64,000 nucleotides of DNA from Caecitellus pseudoparvulus (taxonomy: Eukaryota; Protista; Bigyra: Bicosoecida), in assembly GCA_965644315.1 (NCBI GenBank), contig CBFFRQ010000038.1:62001-126000 (forward strand). The letters are read 5' to 3'. This document shows positions 11,401 through 22,693 of the stretch, one piece after another. The notes beneath the pieces were generated by a model. It saw only the letters and a program-made list of their open reading frames with translations. It made no database searches and had not been told where the DNA came from. A program made the translations under genes and the position numbers. The stretch's first letter is position 1; every line of letters starts with the position of its first letter.

Positions 11401-14400
11401 ACGAGCTGTGCGGCGGGGCGGTATGCGCAGTCCACAGGCTCCACCACCTGCACACAGTGTCCCGCCGGCAAAGCCGGTGCTGGCACAGGTGGGGACTCTG
11501 CCAGCTACTGCGGCACGTGTGGCGTGGGGAAGTATGCTGCAGGCCTGGGCAACACGGCGTGCACAGATTGCCCTGCCGGCCAGACAACGCCAGGCACTGG
11601 GTCAACATCATCTGCAGACTGTGTGCCGGCTGCATCGGCGAGTCCCACTGTGACAATGACTCCGACGCCAACGGGGTCGAGCTCGGCGACAGCATCAGGG
11701 ACGGCAGGCAGCTCGGCGTCACCCAGTGGGTCAGGCACGTCAGGCGTGTCGCCGTCGGCCAGTGGCTCAGGCACGCCCAGTGCATCACCATCGGCCAGTG
11801 GCTCCGGCACGTCAGGCGTGTCCCCGTCGGCCAGTGGCTCCGGCACGCCCAGTGCATCGTCATCCGCCAGTGGCTCAGGCACGTCAGGCGTGTCCCCGTC
11901 GGCCAGTGGCTCAGGCACGCCCAGTGCATCACCATCGGCCAGTGGCTCAGGCACGTCAGGCGTGTCGCCATCGGCCAGCAGGTCAGGCACGCCCAGTGCA
12001 TCGCCATCGGCCAGTGGCTCCGGCACGTCAGGCGTGTCGCCATCGGCCAGTGGCTCCGGCACGCCCAGTGCATCGGCCTCGGCCAGTGGCTCAGGCACGC
12101 CCACATCCACACCTTCACCCTCGTCTTCTGCCACTGCCACCCCCACCTTCACCTCTTCCCCCTCGCCCTCCACATCCACGTCGCCGTCACCTTCACACTC
12201 GCCATCCACGTCGCCCGCCCCGCCGTCGCCTTCCGTGTCACCCTCAAGCATCCCTCTCCTGGACGATGTCGTGGACGAGCGTGACACGACGTCGAATGGC
12301 CTGACATACCTCGATGTCGTGCCAGGTGACATTCCTGTCGTGGTGCAGGTCTTGTCTGGGTCGGGTGTGCCACCGCCATCCTCCACAGGCCTGTCCATTC
12401 GATCAGCTGGTCAAGGTGCGACCTGGAGTGTGTCGGTGGAGTACATGGGTCACTCCGCCGCTGCAGGCGCCAGCACCAGCCAAGACACGCAGGTGGTGCG
12501 GGCAGCCTTCCCTGCCTTGGTTGCCCGTGAGTCCGGTGGGGAGCCTGCAGTGCCATCGGCTGGCTCTCCTGCCCTGGCAGCGGACGTGCTGCCTCGTAGC
12601 GGCACCATGCGTCAGGACGCCAGCACGCCAGTATCGGAGGACGCCACCCTGCTCGTGTCAGTGGGGTCTGGGGGCAGTGTGCCCGACCCAGGTGTGTACT
12701 GGTTTGACATGGTCGTGCTGGACAGCGCCACGACGGCGGAGATGTGGCGGCAGCCCTTCTTCGTGTCGGTGCGCGTGCCGCGTGGTGTGGTGTCGCCCCT
12801 GCAAGTGGCCGCCGTCGCAGCTGTGCGGTCGCACGGTCATGATGATGATGGCTCGGCCAGTAGTGTTGTGAGCCGTGAAGTGTCACTGCGCAGTGTGGGC
12901 AGCGGCCCACTGCAGTGGAGTGTGTGGCAGCCGCCCTCTGCGCCGTGCTGGATGCAGGTCAGCGCTGTGGCGGGAGACGGCTCCTGCGCCCCTCCCGCCT
13001 CCGTAGCAGTGCCGGCTGGCTGGACATGTGCAGCCCATGGTGTGGCGGCGGCTGGCTCCATCGCCCGTGTGTCGGTGGAGGTGGACACGGCACTGCTGGA
13101 TGCAGGGGTGTACGACACGGCACTGCTGGTGGTCTCCGACGACCCCCTGATGCCGACACAGCGTGTGGGTGTGCAGGTTGTGGCGTCTCCGCTGCGTGTG
13201 TGTCCTGCGTACGTGCACTTGGGCGATGTGTCTGCCAGCGCCCCCGCCAGTGGCGGTGACCTGACCCTGACCAACACTGGGGATGGGGATGTGGTGGTGC
13301 TGGGTGTCCTGCCCAGCACGGCAGATGTGCCGGCTGTGCAGGCCAGTGCTGACAGCAACTGCACTGGCGCCAGCAGTGGCACACAGGCTGTGCTGGACAT
13401 GGTGGCTGCCGTGAATGACAGCCTTGTCGTGCCGGCTCAGGGTGCTCTGCGGGCAGGTGTCGCTCCACAGGCGGCTTGGCTGTGGCCCAGTGTTGGAGTG
13501 TCCCAGGTGGCATCAACTGCTGCTGCGGCGGCGGCCGCTGTGTCTGGCCTGCCGCCTGCCGTGCAGTCACTTGCTGCCGCCGTGCAAGGTGTGAGCGGTG
13601 ATCGTGCCGCGTGGTGGTCGGGCAGCCAGGACGCCGTGTACAGCTCGGGCCTGCAGGCCACGTGGCACGAGGCGGCATCCGACGCCACCCCTGGCGTGCC
13701 TGTGACCCTGGTGCAGGTGGGTGGCGAGCTGCACCTGCGAGCGACGGCATTGTACACGCCAGACACCATGCCAGCGGCAGACAGCTCTGGTGTGCTGCAC
13801 GTCATCGTGTGGGAGACGGCCCGTGCCAGCCTGTCTGTGCGGTCCATTGCCGTGAGTGCCAGTCGTCGCGTGGGTGCAGTGCACGCTGCGACGTCGCCGG
13901 CGCTGCAGGTGGTGTCATCGGTGGTGGGGGAGGACATGCCAGTCCTGCTGCCGGGCGATGGTGGTGTGCCTGTACAGGCAGCAGGTGTGGCGGGCCGTGT
14001 GACGGCGCTGCCTGTGCACCGAGTCGCCTTGACACATGGAGTGCTGGTGGGCGTGGCTGTGCTGCGGGACAGGTACGGCACGGCACGTCCCGCAGGCGGC
14101 GATGTCGTGACGGTGATGGCCAGTGGCCGTGGGGAGCAGGGTGAGGCTGTGCCCACGTCAGGGCTCGTGTGGGTGGAGCCCCTGCCGCTGCCTGTGGGTC
14201 TCCCTGCTCTGCGCCGCATGTGCAGTGCAGCTGGTGCCAGTGCCGCTGTGCGTGATGCAGTGGGCTTGGCTGTGCCGGGGGGAGGGTGTGATGCGGTGAG
14301 TCAAGCGTGGGAGCAGGTGCAGTCGGGGGCTGGGTGGGGGTCATTGCTGGGTGGCGGGCAGCTGCTTGGCCTGTACGTGCGACCAGGCCGGCCAGGGTCT

Positions 14401-17400
14401 CTGGCACTCACACTACAAGCATCTCCATCAGCATCAGGCGGCGAGCTGGGTGTGGCCCCGGCAGCGGTGGTGCTGGAGCCTGTGCAAGCGGCGGCTGGGG
14501 TGGGCGCCGTCGGTCCTGTGCAGTTGCCTGTCGTGTCAGGCGGTCCTGGCGGCCCAGCCACGCTGCATGTGCATCGCACTGTCTGCACTGCTGACGGCAC
14601 CGTGGCGACAGGAGATGGTCTGGGGTGCGAGTGTCGGGCAGGCATGGTCCGCCCCAGCTCAGCGGCTGTCGTCAGTGACCACACCCTGCACACAGTGCAG
14701 TGGTCGGCATCGGAGTCACGCACTGTGCAGTGGCAGGTGGTGCGCCCAGCAGTGGTGCTGGGTCGGCAGGTGCGGTGTGTGGCGTGTCCACCTGGCACAG
14801 CCAGTGTCCTGCCCACCCTGCAGCGAAGTGGCGATGCTGGCGTGTGCAGTCGGTGTGCCGATGGCTCCTTCGCTGTGCCTGGTGGGACACTGTGCCACCC
14901 TTGTCCCTCTCGATCGGCGACGTGTAGCGACGGCAAGCTCGTCGTGGCACCTGGCTTTGCCCTTGTGCGGCCCTTGGAAGAGCTGCAAGCAGCGCTGCAG
15001 GCCGACGCAGGGAGCGGCAATAGCACCGACTCCATGGCCAGGGCGGTGCTGGACAACATCCAGGCATGCCCCAACGTCTTCGCATGCCAGTCAGGCAGCA
15101 GTGGTAGCCAGGCGGCAGTGCGCAGGCTTGGGCAGGACACAGGCACTGCGTCGTCTCGCGTGACGACGTGCTCAACATCAGGTTTGTGCAGTGGCGGTGG
15201 GGGTGTGTCTGCCAGCTCCAACAGCAGCGATGTCGGGGCGCCTGCCCTGTCGTCGTGGGAGGGCATCCTGGACCTCATTGGCGCTGTGCAGCCGTCCCGC
15301 TGTGCGCCTGGGCACGAATCGCTGCCCGGCACTGCTGCCATGTGCACGGGGTGTGCGCATGGGTGGGTGCACTCGCCTCCAGTGGCAGGTGCCGCGGGCT
15401 CGTGCCGCTCATGCAGCACATGGGAGGGCAGTGTGCTGAGCATGTGTCTGAGCCTGGCAGTGTACGGTGCGGTGCTGCTGGGCACGGTGTACTCGTGGCA
15501 TGTTGTGGCTACAGCGGTGGCGGAGGAAGCAGGGGGCGCCGGCCAGGGTGGAGAGACTGCCAAGTCTGCTGTGGGCGGGAAGCAGGTCGCTGTGCAGGCC
15601 CAGGTCAACCCCATGTACCAGAGCACAGCACGAGGGGCCAAGGGTGACACCAGGACTGTGCTGCCTGACGACAAGGCGGCCCGACCCGGCACGCCACACG
15701 CTGAGGGGGGTGATGTGCAGGGTCCTCTGCTGCGGGCATCCGCTGGCGTGCTGCTGGGCCTGCACATCATGCTGTCAGGGCTGGTGGCAGATGTCCTGGT
15801 GGATGGGCCGGGCGGGGGTGTGGGGCAAGACAGCATCGTGTGGCAGCGGGAGGTGACGGGGGGTGTCGTGCCCATCCCTGTGCACTCTGCTTCGTGGGCC
15901 TGTGCGGCCCAGGCCATGCTGCGTGGCGTGTCAGGGGATACTGTCATGGCCTCCCCCGCCGCTCGGCAGGTGCTGACGTATGGCCTGCTGCCCCTGGTGT
16001 CGGTGGTGTTGGGGGCAGCTCTGGGTGGTGGGCTGGGGTGTGCTCTGTCGACCCAGTGGCGCTGCTGGTCACGCCCTGCAGGCAGGCGCGTGGGTGGAGT
16101 CAGCGGTGGTGTTCCGTTGGCGTGGCATGCGGGCGTGCTGGCAGGGGTGTTGTCCCTGCCTCGCAGCATCACGGGGCTGGTGCGCATCGCCAGTGTGTGG
16201 GATGTGGCCCATGGCGGGTCTCGCCTGGTGTCCGAGTGGGGCATTGAGGCAGGCAGTCCTGAGCACTGGCGCTTGATCGGCGCATCGGTCGTGTTGGTGG
16301 TGGTGTGGTTGGGCCTGGCGGTGGCGGGCCTGGTGGCTCTGGGGCGGCGCCTGGTGCAGGGCGACGCCAGGGTCAGTCCCGGCGGTGCGACATCCCCCAC
16401 GTGTGCATGTACACGTCAAGTGCCGCTTCCAGTGTCACTGCCCATGTCGTGGTCCCTGCTCACGTCACGGCGGTCATCGCCGCTGCTGCCGCCGTGGACA
16501 CCCCCTGCCTTGACGCCCCTGCTGCTGCCGAGTGTGCTGTGGGTGTGGACGATTGTGGCGGGTGTGACGAATGCGCTGGTGCCTGTGGGCGCAGGCGCGA
16601 CGTTCTCCCTTGCCGTGGCCATGATTGGCATGTGGCTGTTCCACGAGGTGCTGCGCACGTTCAGTGTGGCGGAGGACCTCGTGAACGCCAAGCTGCGCCG
16701 TGCCAAGCGCAAGGCCCGCAGCAGCTCACACAGGCCAGGCATGGACAGCATCCGACAGGCCAGTGTGGATGCGGCGGGGCGTCGTGCACACACCTTGCTG
16801 CGTCTGGTGGGGTCGGATGTCGGTCCACCAGCGCAGGGTGGGGCCAGTGTGGGTGGGCCCCAGCAGGCTGGCTTCAAGTCCCTGCGCGCTCTGCAGCGCC
16901 TGGCATGGCAGGGCCGCACACTGCATGTCCTCATGTCGCTGGTGCTGGGGTGTGTCACTGCACAGGCAGGGTGTGCGTACTTGCTCTTCACGTACGACAC
17001 GGCGGCGTTCGTGGAGAACTCCCGGTATGCGCAGAGCATGGAGGCGACCTTTGACGTCGTGCAGGCGTCTCGTGCCACGACGTGGGTGTTGGCGTGTGCA
17101 TTCTGGGCGCCCATCGTGGTGTTGGTGGCGTGCCTGGTGCTGGGGCGGGCGGCCTACTCGTTCAGCGGCCTGGTGGGTGAGGGTGTGGGCAGGGCAAGCG
17201 CAGCGCTGTGGCGTTGCGTGTCCAAGCAGTGCACTGCTGCACCACGCGGCAGGCGGGCGCTGTCTTTGGGTGCAGGTGGGGGCGGCTTGCTGCAGGTGGG
17301 GAGCCAGGCCAACCCCATGTTGGCTGGGAAGGAGCGTGCGGCATCTTTGAGCACTGCCACGCTGCGTGGTGGTCAGGGGCGTGTGCCGGTTGATGGCGTT

Positions 17401-17733
17401 GTGGCCGGCACAAGTCGCGCGGCACCTGACGCTGGCGCAGAGCAGGGCAGGGACAGGGGCCTCAGTACGTCTGTCACGTCGTTTGCAGCTCGCCGGGCCC
17501 GCCCATCGTCCCTTGCAACTCGCCGCATCTTGCACGGAGCTCGTGGTTCGCGCGGCATCGTGGCGCCTGGGGGTCGCAGCGTGGGGTCGCTGTTGATGCT
17601 GGCAGCTTCCAGTCACACACCAGTGCAGGCTGTGCGGCCTCGTCGGCGCACCCAGCGGGGCGATGGGGGTGGGGGGCAGTCTGTGCGTCGCCAGCGCCCA
17701 GTGAGTGCCACTCGGCGTGGGCTGCACCTGTGA
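8496..17733 (+). CDS. Giant (~3040 aa) surface protein: signal peptide, CxxC/GCC2-GCC3-like Cys repeats, Ser/Gly/Pro/Thr stalk, Ig-like beta domains, second Cys-rich region, ~7-9 TM helices
   Basis: ATG 8496 gives hydrophobic signal MLILKVALAWFLLVGIVPGALS; intron 8599-8704 joins it to the 3017-aa ORF. Repeating C-x-x-G-x-Y...C-x-x-C modules; several hydrophobic segments from ~15430 to 17150. Confidence 0.85.
9439..9822 (+). repeat. Diverged in-frame duplication with 216-nt period (~1.8 copies)
   Basis: CA(A/T)GRYAGSGAS.CAACPTGRYRT.TGGTS.GSCA.CAAGKASG.TGATSATVC starts at 9439 and again at 9655. Confidence 0.85.
9823..11427 (+). repeat. Coding tandem array of 8 near-identical 198-nt (66-aa) units plus a partial ninth
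   Basis: Unit starts at 9823, 10021, 10219, 10417, 10615, 10813, 11011, 11209 and 11407. Each unit has three CxxC modules. Confidence 0.97.
11725..12102 (+). repeat. Coding 36-nt repeat (10 copies + partial), alternating SGSGTSGVSPSA / SGSGTPSASPSA; mucin-like stalk
   Basis: Subunit starts every 36 nt from 11725 to 12085. Confidence 0.93.
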
Positions 17734-17834
17734 TCGGTGGCCGTTGCTCTTGAGTTTCCGTGCTGCATCCCCTGCGGACATACCATGATTTGCGGGGGGT
17801 ATTGAATGTATTGCTGTTGCTTTGTGTCCAGTGC

Positions 17835-19038
17835 TCACTGCTGCTTGGCGTGCTCACTCTTGCCGCCGGTGCTGCCCGGCTCAGACTCGGGCACCAGGCG
17901 ACCTCGTGTTGAACAGAACATGGACGATGCGAACCTCCACACCACCCCCGCTGGCGTGAGGTATCGCAAGTACTCCCCACGTCGAGGGGGGCCAGTCAGC
18001 TCCACCTCCATGTCCTCTGCTGACCCCGCAACATACCGCCGGTTCGATGTGACCAGCCCGCGCAAACGAGGCACGAGCCAAGCGGCAACGGTGTCCGGTG
18101 ACTCGGCCAAGATGTTGAACACGCGCCGCGTCTTGCACCCTTGCGGCGAGAAATCCACCCCTCCCATCAGCAGGTCAGTCACCACCATGCCAGGAGACGC
18201 AGTGTGCACTCCGATGCGCTGCAGGGCTGCCTTGCTTGAGTGGGACAGGCTGCCCGCTGCAGCCCGCTGCAGCTCTGCGTTCAACGTGGCAGCCAACTGT
18301 GGCACGCCAGCCTTCGTGTACCCATACGTCGCGAAGTTTGGCGTTGTCATCCCACTGCTCCCCGCCCCGTCAATGTTCACGAGGGCTCCGCCAAGCTCGT
18401 TGTTTTGCAGCACTCGCAACGCCATGCGAGATCCGTACACGATGCTCCCGGCGTTCGTGCTCAAGACGGCGTTGATGTCCTTCACTGGAGTGCGCCACAG
18501 TGGCTCCTTCGCACTTTGGGAGGCCCCAGCGTTGTTTATCCTGCATGGGCGCGGGGCAAACCCCCACTTGTGATGGAGGCTGGGCGAAACGGGAGCGAAA
18601 CGCTGGCACACACCAAAGGTCGACAGAGCCCAGGTCCCGGACCACCTGCAGCCCAAGCTCCTCCACTTCGCTTGGCCGTGTGATGTCGCACTGCAGAGCC
18701 ACGATTTTCTGGTTGCTAAACACGGTGGGGATGCTCAGGGGAGCCCTCCTCCTCGCAGCAACAGCGACGTCATCCCCCAACGCTGCAAACTTTCGAGCCA
18801 TGGCAGCCCCGAGGCCACGAGTCCCACCCGTTATCAGCACCCTCAAGCGCCGCTGCGTGTTCTCATCTCTAGGCACAGCCCTTGCTGCCTGGTACAAGCC
18901 CCAAACCAACCCCACAGCTGCCAGCGCTGCAATGGCAATGGTGCCAGTGCTGGTTTCGCGGAGGGCACGAGTGCTCGCGGCCAGGATGGCCTCCACTCGC
19001 CTCGACCACACGCCCAACATGGACGCCCACTGCGCCAT
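17835..19038 (-). CDS. Short-chain dehydrogenase/reductase, NOL/NYC1 (chlorophyll(ide) b reductase)-like, with N-terminal TM anchor
   Basis: Intron 18613-18541. Motifs LITGGTRGLG, VDLW|INNAG, NIDGAGSSG..TPNFATYGYTK (YxxxK), VHTASPGMVVTDLL, FNILAESPDTVA, YLRYLT. Confidence 0.85.
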
Positions 19039-19255
19039 GATTGCCTTGTGCCGTGCAGTAGTGACATTCAAACTATCCCTGCTTCAAACTCGCTCCGAAT
19101 CAAGAAATGTGAGGCTGTCGTGCCGTCCGTGAGTGCGATTGCCCCCGCCACGAACTGCGTTATCCTCACCGACAGCCACAGCACTGCAGGACGCGCTGCT
19201 CATCCCCCAAGCATTCAGCTGCATTCCACCTAGCTCTGCTGCCGCCCGCCGACGC

Positions 19256-19927
19256 TCACCCCTCCAGGACACGTGAGCGGAGCAGAACCATGTCCCTCCG
19301 AGCCAAGCGCAGGGGTGCCACCTCATGGCCACTCCAAGCCCAAGCCCGAGCTAGATGCGGCCACAAGGCAGCCCGCACAGCAGCAGTAGCCTCTGGCAGC
19401 TCATCTGGGCGCGCCCCGCCGCAAGTCACCGTCGCGCTGGCACCCCCTGCTAGTAAGGCGTCCACACACGCCAGGCTCTTGGACCGCACGGCAAAGTGCA
19501 GTGGACTCCCGCCTTCGCCTTCCTCCAGCTGTGGCTCTGCCCCTGCCGCCAACAGCACCTCCACGGCTGCAGCGTGGCCTTGAGAGGCTGCGATGGCCAG
19601 GGGCGTGATGGCGCTTGTGACTGGTTCTCGGGTCCACCGGATCGCCTGGATCAACCCTGCTGATGCCGCGAAGGCGTTCACGTTCGCGCCACCTTCGATG
19701 AGGGCCGCCAGCGCGCCCACGTGCCCCATCCGCGCGGCCTCCTGCAGAGCGCTCCGAGTGCAGGAATGCTGGCCCTCCGGCACACCATCGATGTCCACGC
19801 CAGGGACGCCCAGAGCCTCACGGATGGCGGCAACATCCCCTGTTGCCGCTGCTTGCTGAAGCTGCACCATGGCGCCGAAGATGTGCTGGCGCTCTGGCGC
19901 AGGCGGCGTGTCTTGGAGGAACGGCAT
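19256..19927 (-). CDS. Ankyrin-repeat protein
   Basis: SALQEAARMGH..LIEGGANVN, TPLAIAASQGH..LLAAGA, SPLHFAV..LLAGGA. Confidence 0.88.
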   Translation of the reverse strand: MPFLQDTPPAPERQHIFGAMVQLQQAAATGDVAAIREALGVPGVDIDGVPEGQHSCTRSALQEAARMGHVGALAALIEGGANVNAFAASAGLIQAIRWTREPVTSAITPLAIAASQGHAAAVEVLLAAGAEPQLEEGEGGSPLHFAVRSKSLACVDALLAGGASATVTCGGARPDELPEATAAVRAALWPHLARAWAWSGHEVAPLRLARRDMVLLRSRVLEG

Positions 19928-20046
19928 GTTGGCGTGTTGAGCTGGGTGGTGCAATCGCCGCACCCCTCACGCCGGCCCCCACAGCGAGACAGGCGGGGCA
20001 GCAGCTCACACAATGCCAAGAGACCACACGGCGAGCGAGTCCACTT

Positions 20047-22602
20047 TCAAGCAGGTGGGTTTTGCCTGCCACTGAGCCCTGCCCGTTCCCAGCTGGCGAC
20101 CACTGCCGGGAAGTCTTCCAGCAACTCTTGCCTGGAGAACCACTCATCCTCACTCACATCTGTGCCAGCCCAGTGGACCTTGTACATGCACGTGGAACCC
20201 TTGACGCGCTCCTCGACGATGTGCTCAATGAAGTCGGTGGCCTCCTCCTCTTGCGGTGGAGACACATGAGCCGGCACCGAGACAGGGCCAGCCGTCGCCC
20301 GCTCCGCGACAGCGTGGGGCTGACTCGTCGCCCCTCCCGCCCTGGGCGCTTCCCAGGGCTGGGCTGCATGCTTGCCCCACTCCGGGCCTGCCGCGTGGCG
20401 CTCTGCCGCCTCGGCGTCAGCTTCAGCGGCAGCATTCAAGGCGCGTGCTTGCGCCCGCAGGGCGGCGTTGGCGTCCACGAGGTACTTCAGCACGTAGCTC
20501 TGGTTGGTGAGCTCCTCCTCTCGCTGGGCCTGGGCAGCTGCTGCCAAGGCGAGGGAGCGCTTGGCGGATGCCCAGGCCTTGCCAGCGCCGCCCAGTGTCG
20601 CGCCCACCGCCTGCACAACACGATGCATGCGTTCTGCGAGTTCTTCGCAGTGAGCAGCTAGAGTGGCAGCATCGGCGGTGTTTGGATCGGGGTGCTGCAC
20701 CTCAAGGCGCTGCAAGGCGAGCGCCACATGTTCGTCGCCAGCAAGCATCCCAGGGTGTGCCGTGTGCACACTGTCCATGGCCGCGCTGGCCTTGTACCCG
20801 CCCAAGTGCGGCCCAAACTCGCTCGCAGTGCGCTCGCCCAGTGGATCTGCAGCGGCCATGCTTGCCTCCGTAATGGCACGTGAGCCATCTGCTCGGTGCT
20901 GCAAGGCAGCGGCTGCAGCCCACTGCTCCGCCAAGGCCGTGTCCTGCTCCAGGGCCCCACGCACGACGCCCAGACAAGCGTCGTACATGTTTGTCAACAT
21001 GCCGAACAGCCGACTGGCCAAGGCACCTGGGGCCGTCCCACTGCTTCTGGGAGCAGATCTCGAGGGGGAGGGTGGCAGGGCTGCCTGGTGTCGCTGGGCC
21101 TGGGCCAAGGCTGCGTCTAAGGCCTGCTTTAGCTCCCGAATGCGCCCTTCGTACCGATCAGCATCCTGTCGTGCCTGGGCCATGAATCGCCTCTCCACGC
21201 TGGCCAGCTGCGCCTGCAGCCGGGCACAGAGGACGGCGTAGTCCACGGCCTGGTGTTGGACTGGGCGTGACGCCACACGCATGCAGCGGCTAGCGAACTG
21301 CAGGGTGCTTAGGGTCTCCCCCGCGGAGCGCACTTCCGGGGACAGGGTGGCGATGAGGTAAGTGCTGGCGTCACCCCCAAGGCAGTCACTGAGCAGGCGG
21401 GTGAGCTTGGAGTCACGAAAGGGGATGTGCCCGCCGCTCTGCCCTGCCAAGGCGGCGATGACGTTGCCCAGGGCTGACAGGGACTGATTGATGCTGCGAG
21501 CCTCCACCAGCCGGGTGCCCTTGCTCGTGGTGCGGCGCACACGCTCGGAGCCTGCGAGGTCCACAAGCATGAGCTTGCCGGTGAGGACCTGGGAGGTCTC
21601 CTGGCCCTGCACGAGGGTGGAGCCTTCCTGGCGCACGTGCACGGTGAGGATGGTGTGGGCACGGGAGGAGGTGGCGTTCATGGCGGTGGGGCCCATGGCC
21701 CGGTTGGCCAGGCCCCAGTTCAGCAGCTCCACTGCCTCGCGGAAGGACAGGACGGGCAGCTCTTGCAGCCCGTCGACGTAAAAGCCACGCCCCGGTGCCT
21801 CGCGCACTGGCAAACCCTCTGCACGGGCGCCAGCCACCACCTGCTCCCTTGCACGGGCGGTTTGCCCTGGGTGGCGGCCGCGTCCCCGTCCGTCAATGTC
21901 GGCGCTGCTGATGCGGGTGCTGGACTGCCAGGACGGGGTGGCAGCACCCTCTGCCGTGGCAGTGCTGCCCATTCCACCACGGGTGGCAGCCATGGGCTGT
22001 GAAAATAGGTCGTGCACAGACTCCAGGTATACTTGCACGAAAGACATGGTAACGCTCCACGTCTGCTCAGGGCTTTGCGCGATGGCACCGAAAATGTGGG
22101 AGAGCGCCCTCGGGATCAGGCCCATGGGCTGTGTTGCCACCTCTTCTAAGATTCCCATCGTGTATGTTTTCCCAGTGCCAGTTTGGCCGTACTGTGCGGG
22201 TGAAGCAAGGTATGCCGTGGCGGAAATTGAGGCCAGGTGAAGCTTCGCCTGCATGATGAAACTCACAGCCAGTATGGACCCATGGTAGCCCTGGAGCACC
22301 TTTGCAACAAGAGGACCACCAACTACATTATATACGTCATCCTGCCGCACGGAAGCACAGAGGCAATGCTGAGAGGTAGCGCACGGCTGCCGAGGCTGGC
22401 GCTGGCAGCTCACCTGCGTGCTACTCGGCCCAAACACGGCATCATAGGCGTAGGCCCTGGCCTTTCCCCCCACATCCAAAGAGACGGATTGCCCACTTCG
22501 ACTGCTGTCCACTGTTACAGCAACTGGATCCCCTGGCACGCCCGGCCGGCATCGCACTGCAACTTTTACGCGTTCCTGACCAGTGGCAGATGCCCTGGCC
22601 AT
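20047..22602 (-). CDS. N-terminal motor kinesin with coiled coil and C-terminal chromodomain
   Basis: RVKVAVRCRP, P-loop AYGQTGTGKTYT, NATSSRAH, LVDLAGSER, HIPFRDSKLTRLL. In-frame stop-free introns 22413-22342 and 22266-22192. C-terminal IEHIVEERV..YKVHWAG..EDEW..LLEDFP. Confidence 0.93.
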   Translation of the reverse strand: MARASATGQERVKVAVRCRPGVPGDPVAVTVDSSRSGQSVSLDVGGKARAYAYDAVFGPSSTQVSCQRQPRQPCATSQHCLCASVRQDDVYNVVGGPLVAKVLQGYHGSILAVSFIMQAKLHLASISATAYLASPAQYGQTGTGKTYTMGILEEVATQPMGLIPRALSHIFGAIAQSPEQTWSVTMSFVQVYLESVHDLFSQPMAATRGGMGSTATAEGAATPSWQSSTRISSADIDGRGRGRHPGQTARAREQVVAGARAEGLPVREAPGRGFYVDGLQELPVLSFREAVELLNWGLANRAMGPTAMNATSSRAHTILTVHVRQEGSTLVQGQETSQVLTGKLMLVDLAGSERVRRTTSKGTRLVEARSINQSLSALGNVIAALAGQSGGHIPFRDSKLTRLLSDCLGGDASTYLIATLSPEVRSAGETLSTLQFASRCMRVASRPVQHQAVDYAVLCARLQAQLASVERRFMAQARQDADRYEGRIRELKQALDAALAQAQRHQAALPPSPSRSAPRSSGTAPGALASRLFGMLTNMYDACLGVVRGALEQDTALAEQWAAAAALQHRADGSRAITEASMAAADPLGERTASEFGPHLGGYKASAAMDSVHTAHPGMLAGDEHVALALQRLEVQHPDPNTADAATLAAHCEELAERMHRVVQAVGATLGGAGKAWASAKRSLALAAAAQAQREEELTNQSYVLKYLVDANAALRAQARALNAAAEADAEAAERHAAGPEWGKHAAQPWEAPRAGGATSQPHAVAERATAGPVSVPAHVSPPQEEEATDFIEHIVEERVKGSTCMYKVHWAGTDVSEDEWFSRQELLEDFPAVVASWERAGLSGRQNPPA

Positions 22603-22693
22603 GATGGCAGTGCCCCCTTCGCACACAGCACACTGACATGGACAGGGTGCAGTCACTGAACGTTTGTGTGCTTGCCTGGCCCTTTGGCGTTCT

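Noticed and set aside
9823-11427. 198-nt array as a CRISPR array or satellite
   Set aside because: No unique spacers; the unit is a multiple of 3 and lies in frame within a CDS.
8807-16400. Long alternative-frame and antisense ORFs (948, 951, 973, 767, 699 aa) and the many other shadow ORFs
   Set aside because: Expected from repeats and high GC, which make stops scarce; the translations are not protein-like.
20086-20235. Chromodomain as part of an inserted LTR retrotransposon
   Set aside because: No integrase, RT, LTR or target-site duplication nearby; it is in frame with the kinesin.
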